This document shows, piece by piece, positions 1 to 8,911 of a stretch of 16,662 bases of DNA (positions within the stretch are counted from its first letter, which is position 1; every line of letters starts with the position of its first letter). The position numbers and the translations under genes were made by a program. The stretch is from NCBI GenBank assembly GCA_963749075.1, contig CAVVLJ010000015.1, forward strand, positions 1 through 16,662, read 5' to 3'. This DNA is from an uncultured Pseudomonadota bacterium (GTDB taxonomy: Bacteria > Pseudomonadota > Alphaproteobacteria > JACZXZ01). The notes beneath the pieces were generated by a model. The model ran no database searches, was not told the DNA's origin, and saw nothing but the letters and a program-made list of their open reading frames with translations.

Positions 1-1547
1 CCCACTCGATCGTCCCCGGCGGCTTTGAGGTCACGTCGTAGACGACGCGGTTGATGCCGCGCACCTCGTTGATGATGCGGGTCGCGGCGGCGGCGAGGAA
101 GGCGTGGTCGAAGGGGTAGGAGTCGGCGGTCATGCCGTCGAGGGAGGTGACGGCGCGCAAGGCCGCCACATGGTCGTAGGAGCGCGCGTCGCCCATGACG
201 CCGACGGTGCGCACCGGGAGGAGGACCACGAAGGCCTGCCAGATGGCGTCGTAGAGGCCGGCCTCGCGGATCTCCTCGAGGAAGATGGCGTCGGCCTTGC
301 GCAGGATCTCGAGCTTCTCGCGCGTGACCGCACCCGGGCAGCGGATGGCGAGGCCGGGGCCGGGAAAGGGATGGCGGCCGACGAGCGTCTCGGGCAGGCC
401 GAGCTCGCGGCCGAGCGCGCGCACCTCGTCCTTGAAGAGCTCGCGGAGCGGCTCGACGAGCTTCAAGCCGCATGCGCTCCGGGAGCCCGCCCACGTTGTG
501 GTGCGATTTGATGGTGACCGAGGGGCCGCCCAAGGGCGAGACCGATTCGATCACGTCGGGATAGAGCGTGCCCTGGCCGAGGAAATCCGCACCCCCGAGC
601 TTGGTCGCCTCCTCCTCGAACACGTCGATGAAGGTGGCGCCGATGATCTTGCGCTTCTGCTCGGGCTCGTCGGCGCCGGCGAGCCGCTCGAGGAAGAGCC
701 CGGCCGCGTCGCGCGCCACGAGGGGGATGTTGTAATGGCCGCGGAAGAGGCGCTCGACCTCCTCCCGCTCGCCCGCGCGGAGGAGGCCGTGGTCGATGAA
801 GATGCAGTGGAGCTGGGCGCCCACCGCCTCGTGGATGAGCACCGCCGCGACCGAGGAATCGACGCCGCCCGAGAGCCCGCAGATGACGCGCGCCTCCCCC
901 ACCTGCTCGCGGATGCGCGCGACCGCGTGCTCGCGGAAGGCCGCCATGGTCCAGTCGCCGGCGCAGCCCGCCACCTTGCGCGTGAAGTTCTTGAGGAGAT
1001 CGGCGCCGTGGGGCGTGTGCACGACCTCGGGATGGAACATGACGCCGTAGAAGCGCCTCGCGTCGTCGGCTGTCATGGCGAAGGGCGCGCCGTCGCTTAC
1101 GCCCACGGCGCGGAAGCCGGGCGGCAGGCGCACGACGCGGTCGCCGTGGCTCATCCACACCTGCTGGCGCTCGCCCTTCCGCCACACCCCGTCCCAGAGC
1201 GCCGACTCGCCCGTCACCTCGACGAAGGCGCGGCCGAACTCCTGATGCTCCGAGTGCTGCACCTCGCCGCCCAATTGCTGGCACATGGCCTGGAAGCCGT
1301 AGCAGATGCCGAGCACCGGCACGCCGAGTGCGAAGACCGCCTCGGGGACGCGCGGCGATGCGGCCTCGGTGAGCGAGGCGGGCCCGCCCGAGAGGATGAT
1401 GGCCTTGGGCGCGAAGGCCGCGAGCGTCGCCGCAGTCACCCGGTTATAGGGCTGGATCTCGCAATAGACGCCGCTCTCGCGCACGCGGCGCGCGATGAGC
1501 TGGGTCACCTGGGAGCCGAAGTCGAGGATGAGGACGCGATCGGTCAT
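1..1547 (-). CDS. guaA: GMP synthase (glutamine-hydrolysing); last ~5 nt lie outside the window; one +1 frameshift at ~465
   Basis: Not in the ORF track; translated by hand. ATG at 1547 gives [20 protein letters not shown]. Also seen: GATase motif [29 protein letters not shown], then after an extra base at 465-466 [15 protein letters not shown], and C-terminal [19 protein letters not shown]. Corrected length is about 516 aa. Confidence 0.97.
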   Translation of the reverse strand, partial: MTDRVLILDFGSQVTQLIARRVRESGVYCEIQPYNRVTAATLAAFAPKAIILSGGPASLTEAASPRVPEAVFALGVPVLGICYGFQAMCQQLGGEVQHSEHQEFGRAFVEVTGESALWDGVWRKGERQQVWMSHGDRVVRLPPGFRAVGVSDGAPFAMTADDARRFYGVMFHPEVVHTPHGADLLKNFTRKVAGCAGDWTMAAFREHAVARIREQVGEARVICGLSGGVDSSVAAVLIHEAVGAQLHCIFIDHGLLRAGEREEVERLFRGHYNIPLVARDAAGLFLERLAGADEPEQKRKIIGATFIDVFEEEATKLGGADFLGQGTLYPDVIESVSPLGGPSVTIKSHHNVGGLPERMRLEARRAAPRALQGRGARARPRARPARDARRPPSLSRPRPRHPLPGCGHAREARDPAQGRRHLPRGDPRGRPLRRHLAGLRGPPPGAHRRRHGRRALLRPCGGLARRHLPRRHDRRLLPLRPRLPRRRRDPHHQRGARHQPRRLRRDLKAAGDDRV

Positions 1548-1562
1548 CTCAGTGCAGGATTC

Positions 1563-1642
1563 ACCACAAAGGCACAAAGACACGAAGGAGAATTTTTGCG
1601 CGAAGCGCAGTCACCTCCTTCGTGCCTTCGTGTCTTTGTGGT
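1563..1642. repeat. REP-like intergenic palindrome: 28-bp arms built of 8-bp units, with a nested mini-hairpin
   Basis: Left arm ACCACAAAGGCACAAAGACACGAAGGAG (1563-1590) matches the reverse complement of 1615-1642 (ACCACAAAGACACGAAGGCACGAAGGAG) at 25/28. The spacer contains TGCGC-GAA-GCGCA (1597-1609). Confidence 0.9.
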
Positions 1643-1653
1643 TCCCTTTCGGC

Positions 1654-2205
1654 TCAGTCCGCCTTGGCGCCGTCGCTCGAGCGGTTGAGGGCGCGGGCGA
1701 GATCGGGCCAGCCGTAGGCGATCTCGCGCAGGACCGCCCCCCACAGGCGCTCCTTGCGCGTCGCCACCGCAATACCTCCCGCCGCCTCGTAGAAGAAGCG
1801 CGAGGGGTTGCGCGCCAGCACCCACAGCATGACGCCGCGCAGCTCCTCGGCGTCGAGGCGCTGGAAGGCGCTCTCGAGCAGGCGCGTGCCGATGCCCTGG
1901 TTCTGGAAGTCGGGGGCGACGTAGAGCGTATAGACCTCGCCGGCATATCGCTCGATCGAGCTCCGCGAGCGGCCGGCGCTCACGAAGCCGACGACGCCGG
2001 TGCGCGCCGCCTCGGCCACCAGCACGATCTCGCGGGCATGCTGGCGCATGAGCAGATTGTTCCAGCTCGCCCGGTGGTTCTGCTCGCGCATGTTGGCGAG
2101 CACGCGGTCGGGCAGCAGGCCGGCATAGGTGGCCCGCCAGGTCTCGACATGGATCCGCGCGATCACCTGGGCGTCGGACGGATATGCCTGTCTCACGAGA
2201 AGCAT
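1654..2205 (-). CDS. GNAT family N-acetyltransferase
   Basis: 183-aa ORF. N-terminal 'IARIHVETWRATYAGLLP', acetyl-CoA motif A 'LYVAPDFQNQGIGTRLL', and 'LWVLARNPSRFFYEAAGG'. Confidence 0.92.
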   Translation of the reverse strand: MLLVRQAYPSDAQVIARIHVETWRATYAGLLPDRVLANMREQNHRASWNNLLMRQHAREIVLVAEAARTGVVGFVSAGRSRSSIERYAGEVYTLYVAPDFQNQGIGTRLLESAFQRLDAEELRGVMLWVLARNPSRFFYEAAGGIAVATRKERLWGAVLREIAYGWPDLARALNRSSDGAKAD

Positions 2206-2236
2206 GGCAAAACGCTAGCACGACTTTTCCTCCGCG

Positions 2237-3544
2237 TCAGCCTCGCTCGAAGACGGCGGCAAAGAATCCGTCCGTACCGTGGCGTGCCGGCGTCAGGGTG
2301 AGGGTGGGCCCGGTCCCGGGCGCCGCCCCGCCCACGGTCCCGACCCAAACGTCTGCGACCGGCAGCAGGCGGAATTCGGCATGGCGGGCAAGGAAGCCCT
2401 CGACCTGCGCCTGGTTCTCGGCCGCGAGCAGCGAGCAGGTCGCATAGATGAGCCGGCCGCCGGGCCGCACCAGCCGCGCGGCACTCTCGAGGATTTCCGC
2501 CTGCAGCTCGACGAGCTCGGCCAGGTCGGCGGGCGTGGTGCGCCACTTGGCGTCCGGGTTGCGCCGCCAGGTGCCTGAGCCGGTGCAGGGCGCATCCACC
2601 AGCACGCGCTCGAAGCTCGCCTTGTGGCGCTTCACCCAGGGATCGCGGTGGCTCGCCAGGAGGCGGTGGGTCACGTTGTGGACGCCGGCGCGCTTCACGC
2701 GCCGGGCAGCGCTCGCGAGGCGGCCCTCGCGCACGTCGAGGGCGATGATGCGGCCGCGGTTCGCCATGGCGGCGGCGAGCGCCAGGGTCTTGCCGCCGGC
2801 ACCCGCGCAGAAGTCGCAGACGCGCTGGCCGGGCCGCGCGTCTGAGAGGAGGGCCACGAGCTGCGAGCCCTCGTCCTGGATCTCGACGAGGCCACAGCGG
2901 AAGGCCTTGCTCGCCATGACCGGGGCGCGCCCACGAAGGCGCAGCCCGAGCGGCGAATAGGGCGTGGGCTGCGCCGCGATGCCGTCGGCCTCGAGCGCCC
3001 GCATGGCCTCCTCGCGGCTACCTTTGAGGGCATTGACGCGGAGGTCGACGGGCGCCTCCTCCTGCAGGGCCGCGAGCTCGCGCGCGTAGCCGCTGCCCAG
3101 CGCCTCCTTGAGCGGCGCCATGAGCCACTCGGGCACCTCGTAGCGCACCCATTCGGGCTGGCGCGGATGCTCGAGGGTGCGCTGCGCGAGCGCCTTGGCG
3201 AAGCGGGCCTCGGCAGGGCTCAAGGGTGCCGGGTGGTGGAGGGTGCCGTCGCAGGCCTCGGCGATGCGCGCGGCCGTCCAACCGTGGAGCAGGGCCAAGG
3301 ACGCGATGAAGCGCGCGCGCACCGGCTCCAGCCCGCCGCCGCCCGCCTCGGCGATCCACCAGTCGAGGGCCGCGCGCCGGCGCACCACGGCATAGACGAG
3401 ATCGGAGACCGCATGGCGGTCCTTGCTGCCGATGTAGCGGTGCGTGCGGAAGTAATCGGCGACCGCCCGGTCGGCTGGCGGGCCCGGTGCGGCGACGAGG
3501 GCGAGGAGATCGAGGGCGGCTTGCAGGCGGGCGGCGGGGGTCAC
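2237..3544 (-). CDS. RsmB/NOP (Sun/Fmu) family SAM-dependent RNA m5C methyltransferase
   Basis: 435 aa, GTG start. Motifs [45 protein letters not shown] and HGTDGFF. The MTPAAR N-terminus is typical of the alphaproteobacterial paralogue found between guaB and guaA. Confidence 0.93.
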   Translation of the reverse strand: MTPAARLQAALDLLALVAAPGPPADRAVADYFRTHRYIGSKDRHAVSDLVYAVVRRRAALDWWIAEAGGGGLEPVRARFIASLALLHGWTAARIAEACDGTLHHPAPLSPAEARFAKALAQRTLEHPRQPEWVRYEVPEWLMAPLKEALGSGYARELAALQEEAPVDLRVNALKGSREEAMRALEADGIAAQPTPYSPLGLRLRGRAPVMASKAFRCGLVEIQDEGSQLVALLSDARPGQRVCDFCAGAGGKTLALAAAMANRGRIIALDVREGRLASAARRVKRAGVHNVTHRLLASHRDPWVKRHKASFERVLVDAPCTGSGTWRRNPDAKWRTTPADLAELVELQAEILESAARLVRPGGRLIYATCSLLAAENQAQVEGFLARHAEFRLLPVADVWVGTVGGAAPGTGPTLTLTPARHGTDGFFAAVFERG

Positions 3545-3575
3545 GTTGCCCCGCCCGGCGGCCGCAGGTGCCCTC

Positions 3576-5069
<1,494 letters not shown>

Positions 5070-5151
5070 TCAATATACACATAAGAGGTGCAAAGGAAAG
5101 CTCTTTGCGCGCATGGCTGGGCGCCGGGCCTCGAAGGCGGCGGCGTCGCCT

Positions 5152-5883
5152 CTAGCGAGGGCGGAACCCTGTCGCCACCAGATAGAGCTCGGCCAATTCG
5201 GCGCGGCTCGCGGGCGGCTTCACGTGGCGGACCTTGGCGAAAGCTTGCTTGAGTCGCGCCAGGAGTGCTGGCTCGGCGCCGCCTTGCAGGACCTTGACGA
5301 CGAGGGCGCCGCCCGGTGCCAGCGCCGCCATGGCGAATTCCGCCGCCGCCTCGGCGAGCGCCATGATGCGCAGATGGTCGGTGCCGCCGTGGCCGGTCGC
5401 AGGGGGCGCCATGTCGCTCAGCACGAGATCGGCGGGGCCGCCTAGTGCCGCGCGGATGATGCCGGGCGCATCCTCGGCGAGGAAATCGAGGCGCAGGATC
5501 TCGGCACCCGCAAGCGGCGCCATCTCGAGGAGATCGACGGCCACGAGCTTGCGAGCCCGTTGCCGGTCCGTGGGCCTGCGCTCGAGCGCCACCTGGGTCC
5601 AGCCGCCGGGTGCGGCGCCGAGCTCGACGATGCGCCTGGCCGGTCGTAGGAGATGGAGCCGGTCGTCGAGCTCGGCGAGCTTGAAGGCGGCGCGCGAGCG
5701 GTAGCCGCGCCGCCTCGCCGCGGCGACGTAGGGATCGTTGAGCTGGCGCTCGAGCCAGCGCATCTGCGAGGCCGTGCGGCCCTTCTCAGCCCGCACGCGC
5801 ACGGCGAGCGGGCGCCCGCCCGCCATGCCGGCACCGCGCGGTGCCTTGCGCGCAGCGCCGCCCTTGCCGCCTTTCGCCGCCAT
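5152..5883 (-). CDS. rlmE: 23S rRNA Um2552 2'-O-methyltransferase (RlmE/FtsJ)
   Basis: WLERQLNDPYV, GYRSRAAFKL, ELGAAPGGWTQ, VLSDMAP, VVKV and KPPASR..E.Y (K-D-K-E tetrad). The start could be a downstream ATG. Confidence 0.95.
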   Translation of the reverse strand: MAAKGGKGGAARKAPRGAGMAGGRPLAVRVRAEKGRTASQMRWLERQLNDPYVAAARRRGYRSRAAFKLAELDDRLHLLRPARRIVELGAAPGGWTQVALERRPTDRQRARKLVAVDLLEMAPLAGAEILRLDFLAEDAPGIIRAALGGPADLVLSDMAPPATGHGGTDHLRIMALAEAAAEFAMAALAPGGALVVKVLQGGAEPALLARLKQAFAKVRHVKPPASRAELAELYLVATGFRPR

Positions 5884-5886
5884 GGG

Positions 5887-6924
5887 CTAGCCGCCGCCCG
5901 CGCGCGCCCGCATGAGGCCGACGAGGATGCCCTCGCGCAAGCCGCGGTCCGCCACGCGCAGCCGGCCAACGGGCCAGCGCCCGCAGATCGCCTCGAGGAT
6001 GGCAAGGCCGGCGATCACCAGATCGGCGCGCTCGAGGCCGATGCAGGGGTGCGCCACGCGCTCCTCGTAGGCCATGGCGGAGAGCCGCGCACAGACCGCC
6101 TTGATGACGGCGAGCGAGAGATAGGTGCCGTCCACCGCCGTGCGGTCGTAGCGTGCGAGGTCGAGATGCACGCCGGCGATGGTGGTGACCGTGCCCGAGG
6201 TGCCGAGCATCTGCACCTCGCCGCGCGCGAGCGCTGCCGAGATGCCGTGCGCCGCATCGAAGGGGCTGAGCTGGCGGCCAACCTCCTCCATCATGGCGCC
6301 ATAGGCTTGGCACCCGACGTGGCGGCCGCCGTAACGCTCGGCGAAGGCGACGACGCCGAGCGGCAGCGAGACGGAGCCGAGCATGCGCGCCTCGCCGGCC
6401 CGCGCCGTGCCCAGCCAGACGAGCTCGGTCGAGCCGCCGCCGATGTCGAAGAGGAGGGCGTAGGGGATCGCGGGGTCGAGGAGCGGCAGGCAGCCGCTCA
6501 CAGCTAAGCGCGCCTCCTCGGCGGGCGAGATGACCTCGAGCGACAGGCCGGTCTCGGCCGCGACGCGGGCGAGGAACGAGGCGCCGTTCTCCGCGCGCCG
6601 GCAGGCCTCGGTCGCGACCGCGCGGGCGTGGCTCACCGCGCGCCGGCGCATCTTGGCGGCGCACACCTGGAGGGCCGCGATGGTGCGCTCGATGGCGACT
6701 TCCGAGAGGTGCCGCCCGCTCGCCAGCCCTTCGCCCAGGCGCACGATGCGCGAGAAGGCGTCGATCACGCGGAAGCCATGCCCGGCGCGGCGCGCGATCA
6801 GGAGGCGGCAGTTGTTGGTGCCGAGGTCGAGGGCGGCATAGACCGGCGACCGCGGGCGGCAGGGCTGGCCGTGCCGCCGCCCCGCCGCGCGTCCCCCTGC
6901 CTCGAGCCTCGGCGTGACGGTCAT
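5887..6924 (-). CDS. Ppx/GppA phosphatase family protein (single-domain exopolyphosphatase type)
   Basis: ASKHA motifs AALDLGTNNCRL, VATEACR, EEARL, DIGGGSTE, GTSGTVTT and GLREG. ATG at 6924 chosen; the ORF track starts at TTG 6945. Confidence 0.93.
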   Translation of the reverse strand: MTVTPRLEAGGRAAGRRHGQPCRPRSPVYAALDLGTNNCRLLIARRAGHGFRVIDAFSRIVRLGEGLASGRHLSEVAIERTIAALQVCAAKMRRRAVSHARAVATEACRRAENGASFLARVAAETGLSLEVISPAEEARLAVSGCLPLLDPAIPYALLFDIGGGSTELVWLGTARAGEARMLGSVSLPLGVVAFAERYGGRHVGCQAYGAMMEEVGRQLSPFDAAHGISAALARGEVQMLGTSGTVTTIAGVHLDLARYDRTAVDGTYLSLAVIKAVCARLSAMAYEERVAHPCIGLERADLVIAGLAILEAICGRWPVGRLRVADRGLREGILVGLMRARAGGG

Positions 6925-6966
6925 GCGCTGCGCCCGCTTCCTCAAAATTGGGCAGCTATCTTATAT

Positions 6967-6994
6967 CTTATAATGGCCGGCGAGCCGCCGCCAA
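6967..6994 (-). promoter_or_regulatory. Candidate sigma70-type promoter of the ppx-rlmE-gua cluster
   Basis: Minus strand reads TTGGCG-16nt-TATAAG, within an AT-rich patch (tandem TATCTTA x2 on +) in otherwise very GC-rich DNA. Confidence 0.3.
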
Positions 6995-7087
6995 CAGGGG
7001 CCTGCCATGCGGCGCCCGCGGCGCGCGCACAAAGGGCTGGCATTTTGCGGCGCGGCATCCTAGATCATGCGGGCTCCGCCGCCCTGC

Positions 7088-7161
7088 TGGGGGATAGTTT
7101 AACGGTAGAACTCTCGGCTCTGGACCGAGCGGTCTTGGTTCGAATCCAGGTCCCCCAGCCA
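7088..7161 (+). tRNA. tRNA-Gln (anticodon CTG)
   Basis: 74 nt. Acceptor stem TGGGGGA/TCCCCCA, discriminator G, encoded CCA. Anticodon arm CTCGG-CT-CTG-GA-CCGAG (anticodon 7120-7122). T-loop GGTTCGAATCC. Confidence 0.97.
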
Positions 7162-7430
7162 CAGCTTTCTCCGGCGAGAAGCATGCTTCCGGCTGCATGA
7201 TCGGCCCCGCGATGACATTGCCCCTGGTCGGCACGTCTCTCAGAAAGATCATGAGCGATGGAAAGGACGGGATGGCACAAATCAGCGGCCGGTGCCTCTA
7301 GGCCGGCGTGGCGCTGTGGGCCAGCCGGCTCCTTCGGGTCCCTCGGGCTTTCTGTCGTGTTTGCGGCCCGCCCCTTCCATTTATCGGGGTCAATAATCGC
7401 GGGGTGAGGATCGGCTTATCCGGCGCGGCC

Positions 7431-7473
7431 TTGCAATCAAGCCGGCTTCGCACTATCTTACCTCCGTCTTACC
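7431..7473 (+). promoter_or_regulatory. sigma70-type promoter of the AbrB/VapC TA operon with candidate autoregulatory operator repeats
   Basis: TTGCAA (7431-7436)-17 nt-TATCTT (7454-7459). Direct repeat TCTTACC at 7456-7462 and 7467-7473. Palindrome AAGCCGGCTT (7439-7448) in the spacer. Confidence 0.65.
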
Positions 7474-7485
7474 GAGAGAAAAACC

Positions 7486-7767
7486 GTGCCTGCCGGTCAC
7501 AAACTGACTACCACCGTCTCGACCAAGGGTCAGGTCATTTTGCCCAAGGCGATCCGCGAGCGGCGTCGCTGGGCGGCCGGGACCGAACTGGTCGTGGAAG
7601 ATACCTCGGAGGGCGTGTTGCTGAAGGCAGAGCCCGCCTTTGCGCCCACTCGACCGAAGGACGTATTTGGCTCGCTATCCTACAAGGGACCGGCGAAGTC
7701 GATCGCGGAAATGGCAGCAGGGATCGCGGCCGAGGCGAAACGGCGGCATGCTCGCGATCGCTACTAA
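7486..7767 (+). CDS. AbrB/MazE/SpoVT-family antitoxin (VapB-type)
   Basis: 93 aa, GTG start. 'TTVSTKGQVILPKAIRERRRWAAGTELVVEDTSEGVLLK' is the swapped-hairpin AbrB signature. Overlaps the downstream PIN gene by 20 nt. Confidence 0.92.
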   Translation: MPAGHKLTTTVSTKGQVILPKAIRERRRWAAGTELVVEDTSEGVLLKAEPAFAPTRPKDVFGSLSYKGPAKSIAEMAAGIAAEAKRRHARDRY

Positions 7768-8137
7768 TCTCATCGTCCGCTATCTCGTGGGCGACGATCC
7801 CGGGCAGGCACGCCGGGCACAGAGGCTGATCGACAACGACGACGTGTTCGTCTGCACCACGGTGCTTCTAGAGACCGAATGGGTGCTGCGCGGCGTCTAT
7901 GGATTTTCCCCTGCCCAGTTCGCCAAGGCTCTTGCCGATTTCGCGGGGCTGCCGCGTGTGAGCTTGGAGGATGCCACGGCCGTGGCCAAGGCGCTGGACT
8001 GGATGCGGCAGGGGATGGACTTTGCCGACGGGCTGCATCTGGCCAAGGCGGAAGGTTGCGACGCCTTCATCAGCTTCGATCGGAATTTCATCAAGGCCGC
8101 CGCCGCCCTCGGCGGCATCAAGGTGCGCGCACCCTAA
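7748..8137 (+). CDS. PIN-domain VapC-family toxin (first conserved Asp replaced by Ala)
   Basis: True start is ATG 7748 (129 aa): MLAIATNLIVRYLVGDD...VLLETEWVL...MDFADGLH...FISFDRNF. It has the PIN acidic-residue pattern and overlaps the antitoxin 3' end. Confidence 0.9.
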   Translation: MLAIATNLIVRYLVGDDPGQARRAQRLIDNDDVFVCTTVLLETEWVLRGVYGFSPAQFAKALADFAGLPRVSLEDATAVAKALDWMRQGMDFADGLHLAKAEGCDAFISFDRNFIKAAAALGGIKVRAP

Positions 8138-8228
8138 ACCCGACATGGGGCACGGCGAGTGCACATAAGGTCGTGAGGGCGCAAATGAGGGCCGTATCGC
8201 TACGCGTCGCCTTGACCGATAATCAGTC

Positions 8229-8250
8229 AATGGGGTCGGACTGGGTTTCT
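8229..8250 (+). repeat. Copy of the 22-bp AATGGGGTCRGA.. motif (left)
   Basis: AATGGGGTCGGACTGGGTTTCT matches the reverse complement of 12534-12555 at 18/22 (first 12 identical). It matches 12488-12516 at 20/22 once a 7-nt insert is removed. Confidence 0.7.
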
Positions 8251-8315
8251 CCCACATAAGGGCTCGTTCATCGCTTGTCTTCCGACTTTTCGGCGCTCGC
8301 CGCTGACGAGAGGAT

Positions 8316-8765
8316 TTAGCCTGGCAACTCAGCGGATCTCCCGACCAGCGCCGTCCATTCGTTCTGAGGACTTCCGGAAGCGAGCATGCGCCGCAACACT
8401 TCGTGGCGATCGCGCTTGCCGCCGCGCTGGCGCAGCGTGCGCTCCTCGTTGACCCAGGCATAGACGATGACGCGCGCTCCGCTGTCGTAGCGGAAGAAGA
8501 GCCGGAAACGGCCGAAGAACTTCGCCCGGAACCAGTGCCGGTAGTCCCCGCCGAGCGTATTGCCCTGACGGTACTCGGGGTGGCCGGGGTCCGCCGGAAT
8601 CGCCTCCAGCATGAGCTTCGCCATTGCGGCGAAGAGCTTGACGTTAGCGTTCGAGCGAAAATTCTTCGGATCGGCCTTGCGTGCCCGCTCGCAGGCATCG
8701 GCCAGGTTTCTTATCCGGCCAACGATCGCCTCATGAAAGGGCAGCGTCCATCCGTTGACGACCAT
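8316..8765 (-). CDS. YhaV-family type II toxin (RelE superfamily mRNA endonuclease)
   Basis: 149 aa. VNGWTL..H, 'IPADPGHPEYRQGNTLGGDYRHWFRAKFFGRFRLFFRYDSGARVIVYAWVNEERTLR' is the YhaV core as I recall it. Confidence 0.93.
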   Translation of the reverse strand: MVVNGWTLPFHEAIVGRIRNLADACERARKADPKNFRSNANVKLFAAMAKLMLEAIPADPGHPEYRQGNTLGGDYRHWFRAKFFGRFRLFFRYDSGARVIVYAWVNEERTLRQRGGKRDRHEVLRRMLASGSPQNEWTALVGRSAELPG

Positions 8766-8774
8766 CAGGCGGGC

Positions 8775-8890
8775 CTATAGCGCGACATCGCCCTCCAACT
8801 TCTCATCGAGATCGACCCGCACCTCCTTCGCGGCGCGCCGTAGAGCAGCGGTGAACCCGGCCGGCAGGTCGCGGAGGTGGCGCCCGGCGC
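8775..8890 (-). pseudogene. C-terminal remnant of a PrlF/SohA-like antitoxin
   Basis: Directly upstream of the YhaV gene. Encodes ...AGRHLRDLPAGFTAALRRAAKEVRVDLDEKLEGDVAL*, resembling the acidic VDLD-containing PrlF C-terminus. No AbrB-type N-terminal domain (KGQ.T.P..R) is seen upstream. Confidence 0.7.
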
Positions 8891-8911
8891 CCGCCGGCCA
8901 GAGTTGACTCC

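Noticed and set aside
1563-1642. CRISPR array or Rho-independent terminator
   Set aside because: The repeats are 8-bp tandem units in inverted arms with no unique spacers and no cas genes. No U-tract follows the stem in the direction of transcription.
7037-7050. TGGCATTTTGC as a sigma54 promoter for the tRNA
   Set aside because: The GG and GC dinucleotides are 6 nt apart instead of the required 10.
7251-7301. 16-codon ORF MSDGKDGMAQISGRCL downstream of the tRNA
   Set aside because: Too short, with no convincing RBS or recognisable motif.
7640-7747. Upstream extension of the VapC ORF given in the track
   Set aside because: It overlaps the antitoxin out of frame. The PIN domain begins at ATG 7748.
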